DNA from: Arcobacteraceae bacterium
GTDB taxonomy: Bacteria > Campylobacterota > Campylobacteria > Campylobacterales > Arcobacteraceae
Assembly: GCA_048268245.1 (NCBI GenBank)
Contig: JBLWVX010000007.1
Coordinates: 32,319-96,318, forward strand
Length of the DNA: 64,000 nt
Direction: 5' to 3'
In this document: positions 20,817 to 30,128 of the stretch, in pieces
How the letters are laid out: each line of letters begins with the position of its first letter
Position numbering within the stretch: the first letter of the stretch is position 1
Program-made: the position numbers and the translations under genes
The notes under the pieces: model-generated
Seen by the model: the letters and a program-made list of their open reading frames with translations, nothing else
The model's database searches: none
Told to the model about the DNA's origin: nothing

Positions 20817-21116
20817 TTACTTATTATTTCTTGATAAGAACTCATAAAGCATATTACTTATTCCTAAACTACCTGTTGAATTATCTGAAACAGCTTGTGT
20901 GTACATCCCTTTTATAATATCAGAACCTGCACCATCTCCTGCAACTTTTGTTGATTTTAGAGATATATCCATAATTTGTTTTAAAAAAAATGCTTCAAAC
21001 TCATCACTTACTTTTTTCAACTGATCTTCTTCTAATTTATCTGTTTTTATATTGTCGAATTTTTTTGTATTATTTATTACTGACATATTTACTAAATTAT
21101 TGCTATTAATATTCAT
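20817..21116 (-). CDS. flgJ: Short FlgJ (rod-binding domain only)
   Basis: LKKVSDEFEAFFLKQIM...GMY...LGISNMLY rod-binding motif; no muramidase domain. Confidence 0.85.
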   Translation of the reverse strand: MNINSNNLVNMSVINNTKKFDNIKTDKLEEDQLKKVSDEFEAFFLKQIMDISLKSTKVAGDGAGSDIIKGMYTQAVSDNSTGSLGISNMLYEFLSRNNK

Positions 21117-21892
21117 TATTCCAACCTATCAAAGAAATTTTCTTCACTTAAAATATCATCTTGTGCTTCTTGTGCAAAGAATCTCATTTCAACTCTTCTA
21201 TTATCTGCTGAAAGTTCACTTTTAGGATGATATGACGAATAAGCAGATACCTTTAAAATTGATGGGTCGATTCTATTTTTTATAAGCTCTTTTACAACAG
21301 ATATAGATCTTAATGCTGATATATCCCACCCATCTCTTGGTATTTCGCTATTATTTAAATTGTTTCTATCTGTATGCCCTATAATTTCAATATTAAAAGT
21401 TTGAGGCATAGTTCTAATAACTCTTGCTATTTTTGCAACAAAGTTTTTAGCTGCTGGATTTGCTAAATCATATTCTCCTGGTTTAAACATAATTGTTGAA
21501 GGGATGTCTAATGTAAACTCATTCTTACCTTTTTCAATATTCACTTCTTGAAGTTCAGTTGTAGAGTTTGAATTTATTTCTTGTACAATTTGAGACATTT
21601 CCTCTGCTGCATTTTCTGCTGCATTCTCACTAGAACCATCACTATCATCATTTTCTGAAGTACTTTGAGCATTATCATGTTTTTCTGTTTGAGTTTCTAC
21701 TGAAGTATTAGTATCAATAAATCCCATTGCCTTTTTCATTACTTCAAAATACTCTTCTACTTTCTTTTTATCCATTACTGCCATAGATAAAAGAAGAATA
21801 AAGAATGTTAAAAGTAATGACATTAAATCACCAAATTGAACTAACCAACCTGGCAAACATTTTGGACATTCAGGACATTTATCTTTACCCAT
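21116..21892 (-). CDS. motB: Stator B subunit (MotB/PomB type)
   Basis: WLVQFGDLMSLLLTFFILL TM helix with the ion-binding Asp; OmpA-like domain GHTD...ISALRS...NRRVE. Confidence 0.95.
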   Translation of the reverse strand: MGKDKCPECPKCLPGWLVQFGDLMSLLLTFFILLLSMAVMDKKKVEEYFEVMKKAMGFIDTNTSVETQTEKHDNAQSTSENDDSDGSSENAAENAAEEMSQIVQEINSNSTTELQEVNIEKGKNEFTLDIPSTIMFKPGEYDLANPAAKNFVAKIARVIRTMPQTFNIEIIGHTDRNNLNNSEIPRDGWDISALRSISVVKELIKNRIDPSILKVSAYSSYHPKSELSADNRRVEMRFFAQEAQDDILSEENFFDRLE

Positions 21893-21900
21893 TTTATTTT

Positions 21901-22656
21901 CTACTCTTCCACTTCAGTTAAAATTGCATTTAACTGCATTTTAATATTACCAATTGATTCTTCAGCTGCAATCATAGTAGTACCTTTAATAATTACTTCA
22001 CATACAACCATCTCTTTACTATGTTTTTGTTCTAATTTACTTTCAAAAATACCTGCGATTAAAGTTCCTACTAAAGCTCCGTACATTGTAGTAAGTAAAG
22101 CAACGGCCATTGCAGGACCAACTGCTGCTGGATCTGAAAGGTTAGCAAGCATAGCAACAAGACCAACAAGTGTACCAATCATACCCATGGCACCAGCAGT
22201 TCCTCCGATATTTCCAAAGATACTAATCATTGTCTTGTGTCTTTTTTCCATATGCTCTAATTTATACTCAAGTAAAGGTTGTAAAACCTCTGGTTTTGTA
22301 CCATCAACTAAAAGCTGAAAACCTTCTTTGAAGAAAGGATTTGTTTCTTCCATTACCTTTTGTTCAATTTGCATTACACCATGCTTTTTAATCTCAGTAG
22401 CATAAAATATAATTTTTTCAACTAATTCAGGTAAAGGTTCTACTTTAACTTCATTTATTGCAACTTTCATTGAAGCACCAATTCTTTTTAAATCACTTGC
22501 TTCAAATTGTCCTGCTGTAACAGCAATTGTACCACCAAATACAATAACAACAGAAGGTACATCAATATAAGGGCCAAAACCAACACCACCTAAAATAATG
22601 GCTAATGCTACTAACCCCCATCCACCAGCAAATCCAGCTAAGGTACTTTTATCCAT
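21901..22656 (-). CDS. motA: Stator A subunit (MotA/PomA type)
   Basis: IVFGGT, GFQLLVDG, GMIGTLVGLVAML and GPAMAVALLTTMYG motifs. Confidence 0.95.
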   Translation of the reverse strand: MDKSTLAGFAGGWGLVALAIILGGVGFGPYIDVPSVVIVFGGTIAVTAGQFEASDLKRIGASMKVAINEVKVEPLPELVEKIIFYATEIKKHGVMQIEQKVMEETNPFFKEGFQLLVDGTKPEVLQPLLEYKLEHMEKRHKTMISIFGNIGGTAGAMGMIGTLVGLVAMLANLSDPAAVGPAMAVALLTTMYGALVGTLIAGIFESKLEQKHSKEMVVCEVIIKGTTMIAAEESIGNIKMQLNAILTEVEE

Positions 22657-22659
22657 AAC

Positions 22660-23532
22660 TTACATCCCTATTTGACTTAATCTTAAGTCTTCGTTTCCAA
22701 TTTTTTTGATTTTTAAACCAAATTTTCCTTCAACAATAACGGCTTCACCTTCACCAATCTTTACCCCATTTACTAAAACTTCTAAAGGCTCATTTACCAT
22801 TTGTTCAAGTTCAATAATTTCTCCAACATCCCATTTTAAAATATCTTTTAATAAAACAATCTTTGTACCAAGTCTTACACTAAGTTTTAATTTTACATCA
22901 TATAATAATTCTAAATTTTTAGGTGGTTTAAAAGAGTTGTCAATGTTATGGCTTGGACTTGAAATAGGAGCCTGTGGCGCACTTTGAGGTGCTTGTTCCT
23001 GAATAGGAGCTGTATCACCAACAATTGTAGAGAAAAAAGGAAGTATAATTTCATCAAAACTTACAATAATCGGTAATTTTTCATCTCCTAAAGATACTAT
23101 AAACTCATGACTATTTTGTTTTGATTCTAAAACATCAATTTCAATTATTTTTGAACCTACAACTTCAGCTTTAATTGATTCAACATCACCAAAACCTTGT
23201 GCATTAACTGCTGTACAAAAGCTTCCACATATATTTGATATAATTTCATTTACAGCATCAGTAATTTCATCATCAATATGCTCTTTTAAATCTCCCATCC
23301 CACCTAACATTAAGTACTCAAATTTTGTGGCACTTATAGTTGGTACATAAAAAAAACAAGTTGAAGATATAGATTTAAATTCAAATTTAACTTGTGCTTC
23401 TATGAACTGTGAAGACTCATAGTTTTCTAGTGATAAAGGGTTTACTGTTTCAACTTGTGAACTATTTGATAATAACTGCTCTAGGGTATTTGCAAGTTCA
23501 TCTTTGAATATATTTGATAAATCTGATGCCAA
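22660..23532 (-). CDS. fliY: C-ring protein FliY (CheC-like domain plus FliN/SpoA domain)
   Basis: DAVNEIISNICGS in the N-terminal domain; C-terminal LLYDVKLKLSVRLG...GEAVIVEGKFGLKI. Confidence 0.85.
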   Translation of the reverse strand: MASDLSNIFKDELANTLEQLLSNSSQVETVNPLSLENYESSQFIEAQVKFEFKSISSTCFFYVPTISATKFEYLMLGGMGDLKEHIDDEITDAVNEIISNICGSFCTAVNAQGFGDVESIKAEVVGSKIIEIDVLESKQNSHEFIVSLGDEKLPIIVSFDEIILPFFSTIVGDTAPIQEQAPQSAPQAPISSPSHNIDNSFKPPKNLELLYDVKLKLSVRLGTKIVLLKDILKWDVGEIIELEQMVNEPLEVLVNGVKIGEGEAVIVEGKFGLKIKKIGNEDLRLSQIGM

Positions 23533-23543
23533 TTAAACTAACC

Positions 23544-23861
23544 TTATTTTTTATTTTGTGTTTCTTCTAATTGTTGAAGGATGTATGCTTTTACTTTCAT
23601 CATATCTTCTGTAGGATATTTATATTCCGCATCACCTTTAGTAATTTTTACAAAAAAATCTTTTGAGTTTTTGTTATACCCAAATCGTACATTGTCTAAA
23701 ATTACTTCATTTGCTTGTATTTCTTGCTTACTTCCAAGTGTTTTTTTATACTCTTCATCTTGAATAAGTTTACTTTTTTCACTAGTTTCATTTACTTTTT
23801 CAACTTTTTCAATGTTATTTAGTTTTGCATTATCTATTCCAGCTATTCTACCAAGTTCCAT
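23544..23861 (-). CDS. flaG: FlaG-like protein
   Basis: NVRFGYNKNSKDFFVKI...YPTEDMMKV matches the FlaG pattern (F...V.V...IP.EE.L). Confidence 0.65.
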   Translation of the reverse strand: MELGRIAGIDNAKLNNIEKVEKVNETSEKSKLIQDEEYKKTLGSKQEIQANEVILDNVRFGYNKNSKDFFVKITKGDAEYKYPTEDMMKVKAYILQQLEETQNKK

Positions 23862-23893
23862 ACTAGACTCCTTGAAAGATACTATTTTTAGAT

Positions 23894-23902
23894 ATTATAG
23901 CA
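23894..23902 (-). promoter_or_regulatory. Extended -10 sigma70 promoter (TGCTATAAT) upstream of flaG-fliY-motAB
   Basis: Plus strand attatagca at 23894-23902 in an 87-nt intergenic gap with AT-rich upstream sequence; GGAG SD before the flaG ATG. Confidence 0.7.
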
Positions 23903-23948
23903 GAAAAAAATTTAAATAATTAGTTGTATAAAAAGTTTTGTGTATAAA

Positions 23949-25988
23949 TTATAAAGATTCTAAATATTCATCAAAGCCAATAAGTTTAAAGTCAATAAGA
24001 GCATCTTTATAAGCTTGTGTTATATATTGTTTTGCACTTGATATTTTAAGTTCTTGAATAAGCTGTACTGCAGTTAAAAAGTCTGCATCTTTATCATTTA
24101 AAATTGCTTTAATTAATGAAATTTGGATAGAAGCATCATTATATCTACCTGCTTTAAGTAAGCCAGCAACTAAAAGATACATAGTGTATTTATCCTCTAA
24201 TTTATACTCTTTTTGAAGATATTCAATTGTTTTAATAGTTTCATCTGGTTTACCTAAATGTAAATCACTTAAAGCTTTAGTTCTAAGATAGGATGGGGAT
24301 TTTTTACCTGCAATTGTTAAATCTGCTTTTCTCATTAGTCCAATCGCTTTTAAAGTATCAATATAATACTGTGTTATTATTAATGGACCTTCTAAGAAAT
24401 TATTATTAAGAGTTAATGGAACACTATCTTGAAGTCTTGAATAATACCTATAATTAGATTCATTTTCATTTCTATAAACCAATCTCATTAAATATGTCAA
24501 AGGATCTTTAAAATGCTTAGATAATAAAGGATGATCAATTGTTTGTTCATTATCTTTTAGTTTTTCTAAGTAATCTAATGCTTTAAAGAATATTGTACTT
24601 TTATAAGCTAAAGGTTCTTTTTCAAACTTGTATTCTTCATTTATAAAAAGTTTATAAACTTTTTTTGCAAAATAGTTATAAGTACCTTCCTTTGTTCTAA
24701 TAATAGCATCAATATAATCTTTATCCTCAAGTTTTTTACCTAACTTATTTGCAGTAATAAGAGTCATTACAGCATAAAGTTTATTACCTGGATTTAATTT
24801 AAAGGCTTTTAAGAAATATTTATGAGCATTAAAATAGTCTTGAATGTGAGTATAAGATAAAGCTAAATTATAATAGATATATGATTTGGTATCTGTAACA
24901 AGAAGCTTTTTTAATTTAACCACTCTAATAATTGGATCTTCTTTTATAATACTTAAAAATTTTGTATTATATTCAACCATTTCCTCTAATGAGTTTAAAT
25001 TTCCTTCAGAATTAAATATAAATCCTTTTGAGCTATCATATATAATCTCTTGTGAATCAGAAAATATGAAAGGTGCAAAATAAAATAAAAAATTATATTT
25101 TCTATCATCATCAAAATTTAATATAAAGTTTAAGTAATCTTTAGCAGTGTATTTATTTTCATTAAAAAATATTTCTAAAGGTAAATCTTGATTAGCTTTA
25201 AAAATAGATTTTCTTTCTTGTACTAAATCTAGATTTTCTCTTAACCTTTCAATGTTATTTGATTTTAAATCTACAAAAACTCTAAACCAAAGAATATGAT
25301 TTAATCTATTAGGATTTAAAGTATTATTTTGTGCTTTTTCTAAAAGAAGATTCGCTTTTTCATAGTCTTTTAACTTTATATGTAAAAGTGCTTTTTTTAA
25401 ATCCATTGCATAATCCATTGAATTTAAGATTTTTAAAGCACTTTTATACTCTTTTAGAATTATATATGTGTCAGCTAACATTCTTTTTGAATGTTCAGTT
25501 AAATTTTTATATTTTCTTGCAATCTTTACAATAGTATCTAAGTACTTATTATCTTTAGATATTTGATATAAATAATAACATGCTGACATATAAGAATAAG
25601 TGTTTGTATTAGCACTAGCTTTATTTTCATAAATACTATTTAAGTAGACAATTGCTTTGTCAATTGCTTCAAGCTTATAATAAGCAATTCCCATATTCAA
25701 TTTTGAGGGTATTTTAATTACTTTTGAAGTTCTTTCAAGAATTTCTATAGCTTTTTTGTACTCGCCTTTTCCTAAAAAAAGTACAGCTTTATTAAATTCC
25801 ACCTGTAAGGCTAAATTTTCTTGTGTTTTTTTTAATTTGTCATATTGAAAAAGTATCTCAGGTTGAGACTCAATTAATTCATTTTTAGCATATAAAGTAT
25901 TACTAAAAATAGTAAATACTAATAATATTTTATATACTAAACTACTTATTAATTTATTTTTTCTAAACCATTGTATTAACTTGTGCAT
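23949..25988 (-). CDS. Secreted or membrane-anchored TPR protein, PflB-like (putative motor scaffold)
   Basis: N-terminal hydrophobic segment ending TLYA; TPR repeats such as LNMGIAYYKL and YYNLALSYTHIQDYFNAHKYFLKAFKLNPGN. Start is uncertain (ORF track 26018; ATG at 25988 chosen). Confidence 0.6.
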   Translation of the reverse strand: MHKLIQWFRKNKLISSLVYKILLVFTIFSNTLYAKNELIESQPEILFQYDKLKKTQENLALQVEFNKAVLFLGKGEYKKAIEILERTSKVIKIPSKLNMGIAYYKLEAIDKAIVYLNSIYENKASANTNTYSYMSACYYLYQISKDNKYLDTIVKIARKYKNLTEHSKRMLADTYIILKEYKSALKILNSMDYAMDLKKALLHIKLKDYEKANLLLEKAQNNTLNPNRLNHILWFRVFVDLKSNNIERLRENLDLVQERKSIFKANQDLPLEIFFNENKYTAKDYLNFILNFDDDRKYNFLFYFAPFIFSDSQEIIYDSSKGFIFNSEGNLNSLEEMVEYNTKFLSIIKEDPIIRVVKLKKLLVTDTKSYIYYNLALSYTHIQDYFNAHKYFLKAFKLNPGNKLYAVMTLITANKLGKKLEDKDYIDAIIRTKEGTYNYFAKKVYKLFINEEYKFEKEPLAYKSTIFFKALDYLEKLKDNEQTIDHPLLSKHFKDPLTYLMRLVYRNENESNYRYYSRLQDSVPLTLNNNFLEGPLIITQYYIDTLKAIGLMRKADLTIAGKKSPSYLRTKALSDLHLGKPDETIKTIEYLQKEYKLEDKYTMYLLVAGLLKAGRYNDASIQISLIKAILNDKDADFLTAVQLIQELKISSAKQYITQAYKDALIDFKLIGFDEYLESL

Positions 25989-26292
25989 ATAACTCTTCAT
26001 TTCTACTTTCAAGTTCATCTACTCTATGTCTTAGATTCATATTTTCAAGTCTTGCTTCTTGCAAGTCATCCCTAGCAACTTGAAGATTATCATGACTTTT
26101 TGACAATGTATTAGAACTAATTTTTGCTTGTTTTTCATATCTATCAACAATTTTTTGTAACTTATTTATTTCTTCTTCTAATAGATTTTTTTCTTCATTT
26201 ACCTTCCTATACAAAGACTTGTATACATTAGCACTTGAGAAAAAATATAATAATAAGATTCCTATAATTGTAATTAATAAAAAATTTTCCAA
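25963..26292 (-). CDS. Hypothetical single-TM coiled-coil protein
   Basis: TTG start with AGGA SD; N-terminal TM helix followed by about 80 aa of heptad coiled coil; overlaps the TPR gene. Confidence 0.75.
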   Translation of the reverse strand: MENFLLITIIGILLLYFFSSANVYKSLYRKVNEEKNLLEEEINKLQKIVDRYEKQAKISSNTLSKSHDNLQVARDDLQEARLENMNLRHRVDELESRNEELYAQVNTMV

Positions 26293-26309
26293 AACTATCC
26301 TACGTAATT

Positions 26310-26340
26310 TAAGTAAAGTAGTATAATACTACTCTACTTA
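26310..26340 (-). other. 14-bp RNA hairpin immediately after the long flgE stop (no U-tail)
   Basis: Minus strand TAAGTAGAGTAGTA-TTA-TACTACTTTACTTA; pairs fully on the minus-strand RNA with one G-U. Confidence 0.7.
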
Positions 26341-28572
26341 TTATCTTTTTAAGTTGATTAATGTATTTAATAACTGATCTGAAGTTGTGATTGATTTAGC
26401 ATTTGCTTCAAAGGCTCTTTGGAAAACCATAAGATTTACTAAACTCTCACTTAAATCAGCTGTACTAAGCTCAAGTGTTTTACCTTCAACCTTAGCAGTT
26501 TTGTCATTATTTAAGTTATAAATGGGCTCACCTGATTCATTTGTTTTAGCAAGTAAGTTATCCCCTGATGGATTTAATCCTCTGTTATTATTAAATAAAG
26601 CAATTGCTACTTGACCAATAGCAAAATCAGCACCATCTTGTTTCATCATAATAAGACCAGTGCTGTCAACAGAAAACTCACCAAAGGCCGAATCTGATAT
26701 ACCTAAAGTATCAAGTCTTAATTGTAATGACCCTTTTGTTGCAGTTTGATCAACTTTATTTATAAGTTCAATAAACTCTGCCCCAGCACCTTGTCTTCCA
26801 CTGTAATCATTATTTTTATCAAGTGGAGTATAAACAGCTGTTAAGTTGGCACCAGCTGTATCTGTAGTGTGATCATCAGCAATTTTCATAGAACCTGTAA
26901 ACTCTACATCATAATTTTCATTTAACGTTTCAATTACTAAATGTCCATTTACATTTTTTGCAACTATATGATCAGGTAAGTTATTTGTTACTGTTGATGT
27001 AGTACCATCCTCTGACGAATAAGTAATTCTTGAACTATCATTAATAGCTGCAACAATATCATCTATTGATGTAACACCATCTAAGTGAATATTTAAAGCA
27101 TTTGGAGGAGTTGCACCATCATTTGGAATTGGTACACTTTGACCTAACTCTTTATCATAAATTGTAATACCATATATAAAGTCCTTTGTAACACTTCCAT
27201 CTTTTGCCAATGATAAATCAGTAGTAGTATAAACATCTCTTTGCTTACCAGTAATAAGTTTAGATAAAGCATCTTTTGATGACTCTAATGCTCCTATCCC
27301 TTCACCTTTTTTAGCCTCTATTGTTGTTAAATAGTTACCTTGTACTGTTGTATTCCCTGAACTCTCACCTACTTCTGATATTGTAAACTCTTGTCCTGGT
27401 ATAAGTGATTTAATCTGTATTATACCTTTTGACATTTGGTATAAGTCATGAGAATTTGGAGTTAATGTATCATCTAATTCTAATACATCATTATTTGTTC
27501 CACCACCTTCATCTGACATATATGCTACTAACCCTGGAACTTCATCTGATATCTTATTTGCTAGACCTTTATATGTCTCTATTCTACTTGCTATCATATT
27601 TAAAGTATCTCTTTGATTACTTGTTAAAGCATCAATCTCAGCATCTGTTGGAGGTGATGATAATGTTCCTGTTGCTGGTAAACTATAATCTGCTAAGTAA
27701 GCATCACCAAATGGTGCATTTGCTGCTGCATCAACATAAAAGTCTTTTATCCATTGTTCTGTTGCTGTTGTTGATATATATGTTTGTGATTTTTTTACAC
27801 CATCTATAAATACATATATCTCTTCACCCTCTTTACTTACTAGAGAATCGGCATCTGACGTTTTAAAGTTAATATGTGATACTTGTGCTGTTGATGTTGC
27901 AGACGCTCCATCTGGCTCTTCTGATAATCTTTGTAACCATGTAGCATAATCTTTTATTGCTGCTTCTATATCTGATACTTTTGCTGATTTACTTTTATAT
28001 CCTGCTCCATCAAATACTGTTTCTGAATCACCCTTTGCAGTTTGTGTATAATCAGTGGCTTTTGCTGTAATTGTCTCAACATATGTACTATGCTTTATTA
28101 TTTTTGATGATAAAAGTTTTGTATAATCATTTGTGAACACATTTACATTTGGGTTTGTACTTGTTACATCTTTTATTGGATCTATTGAAGACATCATCCA
28201 ACCTTGTACTTCATTTCCAGCAGAATCTTGCAAGGTTCCATTATCACCCATTCTAAAGTTTCCAGCTCTTGTATAGAAGTTTTCAGTTGTTCCTGTTGCT
28301 CTTGTATTTGCAACTGTAAAGAAACCCTCACCACTTAAGGCCATATCGTAATCAACACCTGTTAATTTTAGGTTACCTTGTGTGTATAGTTTCTCTGCAT
28401 CTAATATTTTTGAACCTTTACCAATTCTATCTTGGTACATTTGGTCTGCAAATGATATTCTTGATGACTTAAATCCGATTGTATTTACATTGGCAATGTT
28501 ATTTGATTCATTGTCTAATGCTTGTTGTTGTGAAGATAGTCCAGATATCCCCGTCCATAGTGCGCCAATCAT
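26341..28572 (-). CDS. flgE: Flagellar hook protein FlgE (long paralogue, 743 aa)
   Basis: SNNIANVNTIGFK, YTRAGNF, LELSTADLSESLVNLMVFQRAFEANAKSITTSD. Confidence 0.92.
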   Translation of the reverse strand: MIGALWTGISGLSSQQQALDNESNNIANVNTIGFKSSRISFADQMYQDRIGKGSKILDAEKLYTQGNLKLTGVDYDMALSGEGFFTVANTRATGTTENFYTRAGNFRMGDNGTLQDSAGNEVQGWMMSSIDPIKDVTSTNPNVNVFTNDYTKLLSSKIIKHSTYVETITAKATDYTQTAKGDSETVFDGAGYKSKSAKVSDIEAAIKDYATWLQRLSEEPDGASATSTAQVSHINFKTSDADSLVSKEGEEIYVFIDGVKKSQTYISTTATEQWIKDFYVDAAANAPFGDAYLADYSLPATGTLSSPPTDAEIDALTSNQRDTLNMIASRIETYKGLANKISDEVPGLVAYMSDEGGGTNNDVLELDDTLTPNSHDLYQMSKGIIQIKSLIPGQEFTISEVGESSGNTTVQGNYLTTIEAKKGEGIGALESSKDALSKLITGKQRDVYTTTDLSLAKDGSVTKDFIYGITIYDKELGQSVPIPNDGATPPNALNIHLDGVTSIDDIVAAINDSSRITYSSEDGTTSTVTNNLPDHIVAKNVNGHLVIETLNENYDVEFTGSMKIADDHTTDTAGANLTAVYTPLDKNNDYSGRQGAGAEFIELINKVDQTATKGSLQLRLDTLGISDSAFGEFSVDSTGLIMMKQDGADFAIGQVAIALFNNNRGLNPSGDNLLAKTNESGEPIYNLNNDKTAKVEGKTLELSTADLSESLVNLMVFQRAFEANAKSITTSDQLLNTLINLKR

Positions 28573-28605
28573 GATTTATCCTTTTTATAAAAATGGTGAA
28601 CAAAA

Positions 28606-28647
28606 TGTTCACATATTAACACTTCAAAAAGTACTAATATGAAAACA
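28606..28647 (-). other. Long imperfect RNA hairpin between the two flgE genes
   Basis: Minus strand TGTTTTCATATTAGTACTT-TTTG-AAGTGTTAATATGTGAACA; about 19 bp with G-U pairs that favour the minus strand. Confidence 0.65.
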
Positions 28648-28657
28648 CAAATAGCTA

Positions 28658-30118
28658 TTATTTTCTAAGATTAATAGCTGTTTTTAATAACTCATCAGAT
28701 GTAGTTATTGATTTAGAGTTCGCTTCAAAAGCTTTTTGATAAGTTAGTAAATTAGTCATAGTGTCAGCATTATTCGTATTACTAACTTCCAATGAGTCTT
28801 TATGCAAAGTATTAATTTTTCCTGCATACTGTGGTTTTCCTGCTTCTAAACCGCTTTTATACAAGTTATTTCCTTGAGGTTCTAATCCTTGATCATTTCT
28901 AAAGAATGCAGTTTGGATCTTACCTACTACAAACTTATTATCTCCATCAGATAAATAAATAATACCCTCATCCATACTGATAGATCCAAACGTATATTCT
29001 GAAAGATTTAAATTAGCTAATTTCATTTGAATATCATTAACCTGTAAAGCTTCTTGATTTTGTAAATTGATTGTACTTGTTATTTCAATAAACTCTGAAC
29101 CAGCTGTTTCAACTGCAGCTTTTAGTGCATCTCTAGCACTTATTACCATTCCATAACCTGTACCTAAACTTTGATTTTGTATTTGGTTAATAGAAGCTGC
29201 TTTATCATTTACAGCAACATCAACTATAGCTATTTCTTTAGCTGGTATCATAGATTCAACTGTTACTTTTCCAACTGTAGTATCGACATAAGAGTTCATA
29301 CCTTGTATATTAGCTATTTTATCTGCAAATAATCTCATCGTCGTATCAACATCAGTATCAAATTGTTGTCTTACTTCTCTATTATTAATGTTAACTTTTA
29401 TAAAATCATTTTCATCTTTTAACTCTGATAAATAACTGCTAAAATCTAAACTTGTAATTTGATTTTGTGAAAGTGTTGTTTCTTCAGTAGAAACTGATCT
29501 ATATAAATCTAATTTATCTTTATAATCAGTAATTAAAGCTTCAATATCAACTACTTTTGAACTAGCTCTTTTAAAACCTTCTCCACTAATACCACTAGCT
29601 TGAGCAGTTTTTGAATAATCACCAATTCTTGCATTAATTGTTTGAATAAAGTTCTCATTACCTATTGATTCACTTGCAAGAAAATTTGAATGAATACCAC
29701 TTAATTGTGTGTAATTTGGGTTAGTTGTAATAATTTGTGGTTCTTGAGGAGTTAAACCTTGAACTTTTAATCCATCTGGCGTTTGTAATAATCCATCTGC
29801 ACCTAGCTTAAAGTTTCCAGCTCTAGTATAGTAAAGTTCATTATTTTGTGGATCATTTACCATAAAATAACCCTTACCCTCAATACCTATATCTAAACTA
29901 TGTCCTGTGGGTTTAATATCACCTTGTTGAAACCTCTTAAATACTTGCTCGACTTGGACACCATTACCTGTACCGTTTTTATACATTAAATCTTCAAATC
30001 TTACATCATTAGCTTTATATCCAACAGTATTAGTATTTGAAGAGTTATTTGATTCAGCTGTTAAAGCTTTTTCATATGTATTTAAACCAGAGTATCCGTT
30101 CCAAAGTCCACCAATCAT
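28658..30118 (-). CDS. flgE: Flagellar hook protein FlgE (short paralogue, 486 aa)
   Basis: NTNTVGYK, YYTRAGNF, LEVSNT...YQKAFEANSKSITTSDE; directly after flgD. Confidence 0.85.
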   Translation of the reverse strand: MIGGLWNGYSGLNTYEKALTAESNNSSNTNTVGYKANDVRFEDLMYKNGTGNGVQVEQVFKRFQQGDIKPTGHSLDIGIEGKGYFMVNDPQNNELYYTRAGNFKLGADGLLQTPDGLKVQGLTPQEPQIITTNPNYTQLSGIHSNFLASESIGNENFIQTINARIGDYSKTAQASGISGEGFKRASSKVVDIEALITDYKDKLDLYRSVSTEETTLSQNQITSLDFSSYLSELKDENDFIKVNINNREVRQQFDTDVDTTMRLFADKIANIQGMNSYVDTTVGKVTVESMIPAKEIAIVDVAVNDKAASINQIQNQSLGTGYGMVISARDALKAAVETAGSEFIEITSTINLQNQEALQVNDIQMKLANLNLSEYTFGSISMDEGIIYLSDGDNKFVVGKIQTAFFRNDQGLEPQGNNLYKSGLEAGKPQYAGKINTLHKDSLEVSNTNNADTMTNLLTYQKAFEANSKSITTSDELLKTAINLRK

Positions 30119-30128
30119 AGTTCAGCCT

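Noticed and set aside
20817..21116. FlgJ lacking a muramidase domain as a possible pseudogene
   Set aside because: Single-domain FlgJ is normal outside beta- and gamma-proteobacteria, and the ORF is intact.
22660..23532. FliY as an active CheY-P phosphatase, and the coexistence of FliY and FliN
   Set aside because: The motif is EIISN rather than ExxN; FliY plus FliN with a degenerate site is already known in Campylobacterota.
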